A stretch of DNA of 61,281 nucleotides, the filler included, from Candidatus Babelota bacterium (GTDB lineage: Bacteria; JAGOBX01), in assembly GCA_017999075.1 (NCBI GenBank). It is 8 parts of 8 records of this genome, joined end to end, with 100 filler letters (N's around TTAATTAATTAA, not from the genome) between each part and the next. Parts side by side here need not be neighbours in the genome. Positions count along the whole stretch, not along the records: positions 34,913 to 53,358 come from JAGOBX010000013.1; 7 more parts are not named here. One strand, written 5' to 3'. Under the pieces are notes generated by a model. That model was not told where the DNA came from, ran no database searches, and saw nothing but the letters and a program-made list of their open reading frames with translations. This document shows positions 41,301 to 49,408 of this stretch, piece by piece. The first letter of the stretch is position 1. Every line of letters begins with the position of its first letter. A program made the position numbers and the translations under genes.

Positions 41301-42857
41301 TCAACCAGAAACAATTATTTGAAAGGATTTTCCGTTAATGATTCCGGTGTTTTTAATAATTATAACAATTATATAGATTTAAGTTATTCATTTTGGGGAA
41401 CAACCGATTCTAATGTTATCTATAATAAAATGGGTGGGAATTACGGAGACAGTATTATTTATTTGCCTTTCAGGACTTCTATTATCGATACTGCTTCAGG
41501 CGCTGATACAGTCGCTCCTTATCCGCCAGATTTTATTTTATGCGATACTTCTTTAATCAGTCAGGTTGTTCTGAAATGGTCAAAACCATCTTTTGATGAA
41601 GATAGTGGTATTCTTACAGGATTATCAGGTTACAGATTATACAGATGCGATCATTCTGATACAAACGATTGGGAACACTATTTAATTGCTGTAATAAATG
41701 ATGAAAACGATACTGATTATATTGATACTGATCTTTCAGAAAGTAATGAAAATTATTATTACAGGGTTGTTGCGTTTGACAGCCATTATACAAACGGAAC
41801 AAATTTTCAAAACAGAAGCTGGTATTCTTCTATTCTAAAAACAAGTACAATTACTAACAGCGTTCCATCCTGCACAATATCTATTCCTTCTGACGGAGAA
41901 ACATACGGGCAGAATGTTTCATGCACTTTTGTTATTTCCGATCCTGATGATAATAAATGCACATTAACTGTAATTCAGTATTCTAAAGACGGAGGAGTTA
42001 CCTGGATTGATGCAAAAATAATTTCAGGAGATACCGATAACTTATCAAGCGATTCAGTCGGCAAAACTTATTCATTTATATGGAACTCGTATGCAGACTT
42101 GCCTGATACATTGATTCAAATCATAAAATTTAGAATTATTGTATTTGACGGAAAAGATACAGGTTCTGCTGATACTACCTTAAATTTTTGCATAGACAAT
42201 ATAAAGCCTGATTCTCCCTCAGGTCTTTATGCTGTAGCGGATGTAGCTATTCCTGATACAGGGGTTATATTATGCTGGACAAAAACTCAGAATGCTGATG
42301 AGGCAGGTTATAATATTTACAGGGATACTACTGGCTTAGGAAATTATTTAAAAATAAATTTAACAATTATAACCGACACTTTTTATTTTGATACTTCTGC
42401 AATTCAAGGAGAAACTCATTATTATGCAGTTGCGACTGTTGACAGTTATGGAAACGAAAGCATAAAAACCGATTCTGTAAGCGCTGCAAATGTATTAATA
42501 AAAAAATATATACAGTCAGTAAAAATCAACAGTTATGATACTGATGTAAAACCAGGTGCTACTGTGACTTATTATATTGAATACTTAAATAACGGGTTTG
42601 CTCCTGCATTTGAAGTCGTAATATATGACACATTAGTTTCTGAAATAGTATATAAAGTTTCAACCGCAGATTCTGTTTCTGGAAACACATCTCAAATATC
42701 TTTCAGTAATGACAATACTTCTACTTGGATTTATTCTCCTGTTGGAAGTGTGGATTCAAACGTAACAAATATTAGATTTTCTATTATCGGTTCGGTCCCG
42801 CCTAAGTATGATTGGCCTTGTTCCGGATGTTTGAAATACGGAACTGTTATTAAATAA
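35388..42857 (+). CDS. 2489-aa secreted protein: DOMON-like domains, FG-GAP/VCBS propeller, beta-helix, FN3 repeats, C-terminal DUF11
   Basis: Signal peptide; seven DYDNDGDLD-type repeats; GSKNFPFASITKAL..GDTVYI and Asn ladders; GYRLYR and YYYRVVAFD; VKPGATVTYYIEY..DTL. Confidence 0.85.
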   Translation: MSLKYRQNISKIFLFFNISILLVLYLTQPGYSTIWHETNEGIGLYDYIELNSSLNGTYIHYGVDWAGWNRSEVAVGINGFWANYTGNWVHDAGLNKHLSTGVLDYGWHGAGWAAGSSLTYYCKIDDNAFDPWNQEQGYTDELALIDVETLPIPSSYIYDNDTRLVLQFSINAGSNAGRELNRLWVENTGSLEEINDIPNNGIYLYYENGTSFSFDGNEKSAVLYGNYNTNPANNKQWGHDALNISIPSDGTNKLYCYIVINRFSVGVTRGRTAKFKIMNDGMSLDGYGLNQPGFVRIDAQENPDELTLSSDTPRIVVNGDSTDWFGSNVVNWDADKNQGIPNISSQTCTATAGGKLFWKDATGNGPMSGGTGDVSDKDDYSGQNADNWDLDFFSMVGDTDNLYFLIKFADINLSENDLMIQIPIKYSDAGDTQKILLGKFGEQNIDSTYLVPKTYWQNLIVISTDSPAIRIFNGKTGFSVDTGVYGKVIINEDENFIEAAVPKSYLGGASEYFNDTVYMALAVFQENTVPNGFVKAYHDGGSSDSIPEVVDCISQKSATFRGDLQDSDLFEFTSFYDLILNTYLKVEFTDNTSLRGNIEKVEVYSGKTVDGLSSEYSDADLMEIRENSKLYMGYDNTYFFFCLSDISGFTTDNDTWIGIAVDIDGGSGGQDSGPVINGWPVWPRGFKPDYFVQLDNIINSRCWLYDGTGANWAAAVQKSNNIAGWAYAYQNCVEIQIPRYDVGAPTENDKISFMIFTSNDAVSKNIHLSYPLSNPVNSDSIFLGGYYYTNTDFEITKPNSAVDTTAPTFEITSITAPDSASALGSLNSSSLYPNFYRGDSLTVFTAGFTVSDPASSVNSSGVGDSVWIWNSSNNSEDTAGYYTANPVSVTGVSTSSSDTVFFSITVYDKYGNKSADTVYIVMDSTNPDSIEIICPENGAETLGTNSIIKFDWVDSYDTHSGIKKYYIQISSSPAFSSNLFEGYTLNTASETSYNFAYKTYTSYYWRYYALDNSGNTSGWSNTNSFNYYLFTEVNTSFVNVTNGAVSSADYDNDGDLDLVITGTTTGAAGGAVSKIYRNDGSGIFTDINAGLTGVYNYGSAAWGDYDNDGDPDLIIGGLNSSGSETAVLYRNDNGTFTVINAGITGLAYNSYNWFDYDNDGDLDIFSIGSSPAATGFITRAYRNDGNNTFTNVGNCGVTNFDEGSFDFSDYNNDGWVDIAVNGYNGVRVAAIFRNNKNGTFTDIAAGIETMHSGSIVWADYNNDGYSDILEVGNNGGGPVSRLYKNNGNNTFTLKSVTGLVSGTGHGTKWADFDNDGYIDFLITEGTGANANIYKNTGNDSFINTNSNISGITGTGSCWFDYDNDGDLDLMISGDTDATAGFSIKTKLYRNNTATIINQRPAAPSLTTSNNTVFSSDTITFQWADITTDSTPAPAIGYNLRIGTSAGGCQVIGVDTNSNHFSGNTFFGNVYGGTTAYIFGLPGGIYYWSVQAVDGGMMKSEWAAERTFIMTPRIKITSVSTGYETCVQTIYISGTTNGTSSGDTVKLYVNSICCTSLILSSPNGSWSGTVLLTGMGDSVSAELTYRINKNDCDTIAIHYYTGPWYVNDSSTANDSFTYSAGSDTSGSGSKNFPFASITKALFFAKSGDTVYIDAGTYYRNNINDTFIAQIDTDYLTITGIDSNISIINTDSPVSGNYVFLAIDRHHINIQNLKILNSYYGIYYKNTDTSVLQNIHFDSNAYSSLYTLYNSGSDYCDSLTITNCFIEKSWYALYISYTNDIKIINNYFHDNYSSGINASYSNLITIQNNYFDGALNADYGISLGSSSNSCSVLQNTFINHTSNVLNINAGDTIIINGNIINGGSQGIRMASSSKRGYEITENIISNATGYGIYCQPGATVEMLISKNTISFTPTGIYSMINQYINIRNNFITNSTNYGMNILLAAGNAFEQNTFDSSGQYALYITSGAAVPVSSTRNNYLKGFSVNDSGVFNNYNNYIDLSYSFWGTTDSNVIYNKMGGNYGDSIIYLPFRTSIIDTASGADTVAPYPPDFILCDTSLISQVVLKWSKPSFDEDSGILTGLSGYRLYRCDHSDTNDWEHYLIAVINDENDTDYIDTDLSESNENYYYRVVAFDSHYTNGTNFQNRSWYSSILKTSTITNSVPSCTISIPSDGETYGQNVSCTFVISDPDDNKCTLTVIQYSKDGGVTWIDAKIISGDTDNLSSDSVGKTYSFIWNSYADLPDTLIQIIKFRIIVFDGKDTGSADTTLNFCIDNIKPDSPSGLYAVADVAIPDTGVILCWTKTQNADEAGYNIYRDTTGLGNYLKINLTIITDTFYFDTSAIQGETHYYAVATVDSYGNESIKTDSVSAANVLIKKYIQSVKINSYDTDVKPGATVTYYIEYLNNGFAPAFEVVIYDTLVSEIVYKVSTADSVSGNTSQISFSNDNTSTWIYSPVGSVDSNVTNIRFSIIGSVPPKYDWPCSGCLKYGTVIK

Positions 42858-43072
42858 ATAATTCATAAAGATTATTATGTTTATAAATTTAGTCTTGTAA
42901 TTTTTATTGTTTAAATTATATTTTATAACAAATGTTATAAAATTTCTGTTTTATAAGCTGATGATTAACAAACATCGGAATACCAGAAACTATTGATGCA
43001 AAAACACGCGCAGAATTCTTTTAAAATAATAATTCTGATTTAATGCGTAATTTTTTTTTAAGGAATTTATTT

Positions 43073-44548
43073 ATGGAATCATTAGAACGGAATGCTTTGA
43101 TAGATCAAAGAATAAATAAAATTGATGAATTGAAAAACAGCGGAACAAATCCGTATCCGTATAAATTTATCAAACAATACGATATAAAAAATATACTTGA
43201 TGACTTTGATAAATTCAAAGAAACCGATCAAGTTGTTACCGCAGGAAGAATAATGCTGGTTCGCCTTATGGGAAAAGCTGCATTTGCGCATATACTTGAC
43301 AATACTGGAAAAATCCAGATTTATGTAAGAGTTAATGATATCGGAAAAGAAATGTTTGAAATATTTAAAAAACTTGATATTGGAGATATTATAGGGATTA
43401 CTGGAAAACTGTTTAAAACACATTCTGATGAAAAAACCATTCATACTTCAGAATTTGTCCTGCTTTCAAAATCTATCCGTCCTCTACCCGAAAAGTTTCA
43501 CGGACTTCGCGATACTGAAATGAGATATCGCCAAAGATATGTTGATTTGATAATGAATGAAAATGTAAAAGATATATTTATTAAACGCAGTAAAATAGTT
43601 GGAAATATCAGGAAACAGCTTAATAGCAAAAAATTTCTCGAAGTAGAAACTCCAATGATGCAGCCGATAGCAGGTGGTGCAGCTGCGCGGCCGTTTATAA
43701 CACATCACAATACACTCGATTTGGATTTGTATTTAAGGATTGCGCCCGAACTTTATTTAAAGCGGCTGTTAGTCGGAGGTCTTGAAAAAGTTTACGAAAT
43801 AAACAGAAATTTCCGTAATGAAGGAATATCAACTCAGCATAATCCTGAGTTTACAATGTTAGAATTATATTCTGCGTATGATGATTATAATGATATGATG
43901 AATATTTGCGAAGAAATAATTTATAATGCGGCTGTTGAAGTTAATAATTCTGATGTTGTAAGTTATGGCAACAAGGAAATTTCATTAAAACCTCCTTTTA
44001 AAAGGGTAGCATATTATGAATCAATAAATGAGATTTTAAAAACTGATGTTAGAACTCTTGATATTGACAGTCTGAAAAAAATAGCTTTTTCACATAAAAT
44101 CGAATTAGATAAAAATTCAGATAAAATTGCTGTTATTAATGAATTGTTTGAAAATCTGGTAGAACCTAATTTGTTTCAGCCGACTTTTATTTATGATTAT
44201 CCTGTTGAAATTTCACCGTTGACTAAACGTCATAGAACTGATCCGTCTGTTGTAGAACGGTTTGAATTGTTTATAGCAAATTATGAAATAGCAAACGCAT
44301 ATTCAGAACTAAATGATCCTATTGAACAATACAATAGATTTTGCGGACAGCTTAAAATTAAAGAACTCACCAAAAATGATGAAATTGCAGATAAAATTGA
44401 TTTTGATTATATCAGAGCGTTAGAATACGGCATGCCTCCTGCCGGCGGTCTTGGCATAGGTATTGACAGACTGGTTATGGTATTAACAGGGGTTGAATCA
44501 ATCCGGGAAGTTATATTGTTTCCGCAATTAAGACAGGAACAACTTTAA
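43073..44548 (+). CDS. lysS: Class II lysyl-tRNA synthetase
   Basis: RYRQRY, GGAAARPF, LRIAPELYLKRL, FRNEG, HNPEFT, GMPP. Confidence 0.98.
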   Translation: MESLERNALIDQRINKIDELKNSGTNPYPYKFIKQYDIKNILDDFDKFKETDQVVTAGRIMLVRLMGKAAFAHILDNTGKIQIYVRVNDIGKEMFEIFKKLDIGDIIGITGKLFKTHSDEKTIHTSEFVLLSKSIRPLPEKFHGLRDTEMRYRQRYVDLIMNENVKDIFIKRSKIVGNIRKQLNSKKFLEVETPMMQPIAGGAAARPFITHHNTLDLDLYLRIAPELYLKRLLVGGLEKVYEINRNFRNEGISTQHNPEFTMLELYSAYDDYNDMMNICEEIIYNAAVEVNNSDVVSYGNKEISLKPPFKRVAYYESINEILKTDVRTLDIDSLKKIAFSHKIELDKNSDKIAVINELFENLVEPNLFQPTFIYDYPVEISPLTKRHRTDPSVVERFELFIANYEIANAYSELNDPIEQYNRFCGQLKIKELTKNDEIADKIDFDYIRALEYGMPPAGGLGIGIDRLVMVLTGVESIREVILFPQLRQEQL

Positions 44549-44610
44549 AATCAAATATAAAAAATATATAACATAAAACCAATAATTTTGTTTATAAAAC
44601 TTTTGAGTTT

Positions 44611-47600
44611 ATGATTAAACGCTTATTTTTTTTTGCGGTAATTTTTTATTGTTTAAATAATTTTGGTTGTTCGAACTCTGAAAAAAAATATATTGAACTT
44701 AATAAATTTTTGTCTTCTGTAAAAATTGAAGAATTGTCTGCCGCAAAAAAAATAGAATTATTAAATTTATCGGTAGAAATAAACAATTATTCGCGTATTA
44801 CCGAAATATTAAACAATATCGAACATAATGAATTAAACCTTTTATCACCTCAAATTTTAAAGAGTATTCTAAAAAAACTTACGGTTTTAAAACAAAGCAG
44901 ATTGGCTGGTTCAATATTATCAGCTTTAAATTTAAAAAATGCTGCAGCGCAAAAAATTATTTTTGCGGAACTATATATTTTATCAGGAGATTTTTATAAT
45001 TTTGAAAAATATTTATCTTTTAATTATGATATTAATGATGAAGATATTGATTATTTGATTGAAAAATATTTCATATATTTTAAAACTTCAGAAAATCAAA
45101 ACGATTTAAAAAAAATCTGTAAAATTTTTCTTAAGTATCTCTATGCGTCAGGTAAAAAAAAATTAGCGGTTAAATTAGCTGAAAATCTTGTTTCAATTAT
45201 TCCTGATGATTTAACAGCCAACCATATTTTATTAAGGTTTAATGAAAATAAAAAAAAACTTATTGATGATGCTGTTTCAAAAATTGAAAATGGCAAATCA
45301 GATTATTATTCTCTGCTTATTTGCGGATTGGATAAACTTGATTCAGAAAAATATGATGAATCACTGATTTTTTTCAATCGCCTCATCAAACTATCTCCTT
45401 ACAGCGGAGATATAAAATCAATAATGTCTGAAATATATTTTAAGATCGCTCAGGACAAGCTGAAACAAAATGAAAATCCTGTTAAAATAACCGAATTGAT
45501 TTTAAAATCTGTTATGCTGGACGGTTCGAACATAAATGCTCTGATTTCATTAATGAAAATATATTACAACTCAGGTATTTTTAATGAATACATAAAATTT
45601 GCCGAGCAATTATTTTATTACAATTATGATGATCCTGAAGAATTTAAAAAATTTATTTCAGTTTTAATTCATCATAGGAAAATAGATAAAGCCTTGAATT
45701 TTATTAAAAAAAACGAACCGTTGTTTACAGAAAACGATGAGTTGTTTAAAATTTATATTCAGGTGCTTGAACTTACAGGAAATAAATCTAAAATTCTTGA
45801 TTTGATAAAAATTAAACAATTGAGTTCAGGCAACGATAAAGCTTTCTATATAAAATTTTTATTATTATATTATAAGTATATGCGGTCTTCTGAACCAGAA
45901 GATAAAATAAAAATACTTGAAGAAATTGTTTTCAATTACAATAACTCAATTAGTGAAACCGAACTAAAAAAATATGTTTCTGAATTATCAGAATTGTATT
46001 ATCTGACAAAAAAATATATGAGTTTTATAAAATTATTTTTATCATTTTCCGGAATGGAATACAACCCGGTTTATTTATCTAATTCGATATTAAACATTAC
46101 GGAAACTGGAGCAATAATTGAAATAATAAACATTATAAATGCACGAAAAATTAAAATTGATTTGTCTGCATATATAAATCTTTTAAAAAAATCCGGAGAT
46201 TATAACGGAATAATTAAATATCTTGAAGATACTGTTAAAACTTCAAAAAAATCTGATGTTATATTGTCTTATACTGATGCGCTGATAAAAACAGACCGGC
46301 TGGAAGAAGCTGTGCCTTATTTAAAAAAAACTTTGATGATGACTAAAAATAACATTGAAGCGTTATATCAAATAGGTTCTATTTATGAAAAAACAGGAGA
46401 TTACCCACTTGCATTAAAGTATTACAATGATGTTAAGCGCCTCAATCCTAATTATGAAAATATAATTATGAAAATAGTTCTGATAGATTGGTATAAAGAA
46501 AAATACGATAGTGTAATAGACAAACTAAGGGTTATGTATATATCAGATAAAACCAATGAAATTTTAAAAAATAAACTCGTAGAATGTCTCATAGATTATG
46601 CTGTTATTAAAGATTTAAAAAATGATAGTCAGGGAGCTTTGAATTATTTTAATCAGGCATATGTTTTGTCTCCTGTGAATGAAAAACTTCTTATAAAACT
46701 TGCTGAATTTTATTTGAAAAGAAAAAAATATAAACAGTCGCTCGTTTACTATGAAGAATTTCTAAAAAGAAAAACTGACAAAGATGTTATGCTTATTGTT
46801 TCGGATATTTATAAAATAACTGCAGATTATAAAAAAATGAAGGATTTACTTATAGAAATATTAACGATAGATCCGGAAAATGTTAAAGCAAAGAAAAAAA
46901 TAATAGATAATGGATATGATGAAATAATAATAGAATATGACTCTGATATCCGACAAATAAATAGTATAATGTCTTCTGAAAAATTTAATCCTGATGCAAT
47001 TATTAAAAATCATATTGAACTCAAAAATAAAGTGGAAGAAACTAAACGCATGCTTCAGTTCAAACCGAGATTTTATGAAGGATTTTTGCGTCTTGGAATA
47101 TATTATCTTCAGTTGCAGGATTTTTCAAACGCGCTTGAAAATTTTGAAAAATACCACAGCTTGATTAATTCAAAAGAGTCAATGTATTACCTTGGGTTCG
47201 GATTATCAAAAATGAACCGCCATCTTGAGTCTATAAAATATTTTAAAAAATTATATGAAGATTATCCTCAATGGGAAAATTCTTATAAAGGATTGATTAA
47301 TTCTTATTTGTCAAATTATATGATTTCCGAGCTATACGAATTTTTAAATGATTTTTTCCTTAAAAACGGATTTAAAAAAAATCCGGATTATTTCAGTTCT
47401 GTTTTTTATGAAATATCGTTGTATTACTGTAAAACTAATAATTTTGAAGCTGCTCTTGAATCGCTTGAAAAAGCCGAATCAATTTTCAAACCATCTACTG
47501 CAACACAGTTCTTAAAAGCTAAAATTTATTATATACAAAACAGGTTTGAAGACTGCTTTAAAATTCTTAAAGACCTATCCTTGATAGATAAAAATGATTA

Positions 47601-48522
47601 TTTGGTTTTTAATTATATGCTTGCTGATTACTACATTTTAAAAAAAGAATTTGATAAAGCGAAAGATATTTATAATCTAATTTTAAAAATCGATCCTAAA
47701 AATAAAATTGCGGATTATAATATCAGTCTGATTTCCGGAGCAGCCGGAGGATTAGTTAAAAATATTGAAGGGGATTTAAAAAATAATTATGAAATATATA
47801 AGCATTTTATGGAGAGAGATTACATCAAAATAATTTCATTGCAGCCTGTTTCCGATTATATCAAATATTATCAGGCTCTTTCTTATTATAAAATGAACAA
47901 TATGAAAAGATCGCTTGAAATATTCGAACAAATAGTAAACTTTAAAATACAATATAATTCCGAATTTTATTATCATTATGCTTTAATCCTTAATAAAAAT
48001 AATCTATTAGATAGAAGCGCAGATATTCTTTTAAAAAATGTAATCAGCAGTTCTGGCAAAAATAAATATGATGCAATTATATTACTCGCTGAAAATTATC
48101 TGAAATTGAATAATAATACTGCAGCATTGAATATAATTTCCAATACAGATTTTCCGCCGGAATACGAATCTGTAATTTTGAATTTAAAAGGTATAATAAA
48201 TTTTAATCTTAAAAATTTCGATAAATCAGCTGATTGTTTTGAAAAATATTTAAATAAAAAAATGGATAACGATATTTTTTTTAATTTGGCCGCAGCTTAT
48301 AAAGAACTTGGTGAGTATGATAAATCTCTTGATATATGTTTCAGATTATTACAGAAACAGTATTATTATGAATATAAAATTTTAACTCTGGCAGGAATCA
48401 TTTATTATGATCTTGGGAATTTTTCCGAATCAGAATCTTATCTTAAAAAATCTATTGAAAAAAAACCTGACCAGCCTCAGGCAAGAAAACTTTTATCAGT
48501 CATTCAATACCGTAAACAATAA
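44611..48522 (+). CDS. Large TPR lipoprotein
   Basis: Lipobox-like FGC; many TPR motifs. Confidence 0.75.
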   Translation: MIKRLFFFAVIFYCLNNFGCSNSEKKYIELNKFLSSVKIEELSAAKKIELLNLSVEINNYSRITEILNNIEHNELNLLSPQILKSILKKLTVLKQSRLAGSILSALNLKNAAAQKIIFAELYILSGDFYNFEKYLSFNYDINDEDIDYLIEKYFIYFKTSENQNDLKKICKIFLKYLYASGKKKLAVKLAENLVSIIPDDLTANHILLRFNENKKKLIDDAVSKIENGKSDYYSLLICGLDKLDSEKYDESLIFFNRLIKLSPYSGDIKSIMSEIYFKIAQDKLKQNENPVKITELILKSVMLDGSNINALISLMKIYYNSGIFNEYIKFAEQLFYYNYDDPEEFKKFISVLIHHRKIDKALNFIKKNEPLFTENDELFKIYIQVLELTGNKSKILDLIKIKQLSSGNDKAFYIKFLLLYYKYMRSSEPEDKIKILEEIVFNYNNSISETELKKYVSELSELYYLTKKYMSFIKLFLSFSGMEYNPVYLSNSILNITETGAIIEIINIINARKIKIDLSAYINLLKKSGDYNGIIKYLEDTVKTSKKSDVILSYTDALIKTDRLEEAVPYLKKTLMMTKNNIEALYQIGSIYEKTGDYPLALKYYNDVKRLNPNYENIIMKIVLIDWYKEKYDSVIDKLRVMYISDKTNEILKNKLVECLIDYAVIKDLKNDSQGALNYFNQAYVLSPVNEKLLIKLAEFYLKRKKYKQSLVYYEEFLKRKTDKDVMLIVSDIYKITADYKKMKDLLIEILTIDPENVKAKKKIIDNGYDEIIIEYDSDIRQINSIMSSEKFNPDAIIKNHIELKNKVEETKRMLQFKPRFYEGFLRLGIYYLQLQDFSNALENFEKYHSLINSKESMYYLGFGLSKMNRHLESIKYFKKLYEDYPQWENSYKGLINSYLSNYMISELYEFLNDFFLKNGFKKNPDYFSSVFYEISLYYCKTNNFEAALESLEKAESIFKPSTATQFLKAKIYYIQNRFEDCFKILKDLSLIDKNDYLVFNYMLADYYILKKEFDKAKDIYNLILKIDPKNKIADYNISLISGAAGGLVKNIEGDLKNNYEIYKHFMERDYIKIISLQPVSDYIKYYQALSYYKMNNMKRSLEIFEQIVNFKIQYNSEFYYHYALILNKNNLLDRSADILLKNVISSSGKNKYDAIILLAENYLKLNNNTAALNIISNTDFPPEYESVILNLKGIINFNLKNFDKSADCFEKYLNKKMDNDIFFNLAAAYKELGEYDKSLDICFRLLQKQYYYEYKILTLAGIIYYDLGNFSESESYLKKSIEKKPDQPQARKLLSVIQYRKQ

Positions 48523-48547
48523 CTTCAAGCAAAACGGATTCAATTTT

Positions 48548-49339
48548 TTAAATTACAATTCCATTTTTAATTATATCTTGAATAAATAAATCCGTTAACT
48601 CAACAGAAAGCTGAGTACCGCTGATTTTTTTCAGAATTTCAAAAGCTTCTTCAACCGATTTACTTTTCTGATAAGGTCTGTTTGAAGTTATTGCGTCAAA
48701 ACAATCACAAACACTTATAATTCTTGCTCCCAAAGGAATTTTTTCTCCTTTCAATCCTTCAGGATAACCTTTACCGTCAATTCGCTCATGATGATATCTA
48801 ACATAATCAATAGCTCTTCCAAGAAAATTAAGATTTTTTAAAATTTCATAACCTATAACCGGATGGTTTTTAATTTCCGAATGCATTTCTTTTGATAGAT
48901 TTACTTCTTCATTTCCGAATAACCCATCACTGAATCCTATCTTTCCAATATCATGAAGCATTCCGCCTATCCTTATAAAATAAATTTCTTTTTCAGGTAA
49001 AGAACATTTTTTAGCAAGACGTTCAGAATAACATGCAACTCTGACAGCATGGCCTTCGGTATATTTGTCTCTTGCCCCTAAAGTGTTTGAAATTGAAGCT
49101 ACTGTTTTTACAATATTTTCTTTTAAAGTTTCATTCAATTTTTTCAGTTCTTCTATCAGCATTTCAAGATTAGTTTCACGTGCTTCAACTTTTACCATCA
49201 TCATAGCTACAGATTGAGCTATTCTTTTTATTATTTCAGGATATTCGGATTTTGTAAATTCCATTATTTCATTAGAATAAACACCGGCCGCTATATCTTC
49301 AATTATTTTCAGCAATTGCGGATATTTAAAATTTTCCAT
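48548..49339 (-). CDS. HD-GYP cyclic-dinucleotide phosphodiesterase
   Basis: YTEGHAVRV, LHDIGK, HHERIDGKGYP, CDCFDA, RPY all intact. Confidence 0.93.
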   Translation of the reverse strand: MENFKYPQLLKIIEDIAAGVYSNEIMEFTKSEYPEIIKRIAQSVAMMMVKVEARETNLEMLIEELKKLNETLKENIVKTVASISNTLGARDKYTEGHAVRVACYSERLAKKCSLPEKEIYFIRIGGMLHDIGKIGFSDGLFGNEEVNLSKEMHSEIKNHPVIGYEILKNLNFLGRAIDYVRYHHERIDGKGYPEGLKGEKIPLGARIISVCDCFDAITSNRPYQKSKSVEEAFEILKKISGTQLSVELTDLFIQDIIKNGIVI

Positions 49340-49408
49340 AATATAAATACTAATTATTAAAAAAATTTTTCATATTCTATTTTTTCAGCAATATATTGCG
49401 CTTTAAAA

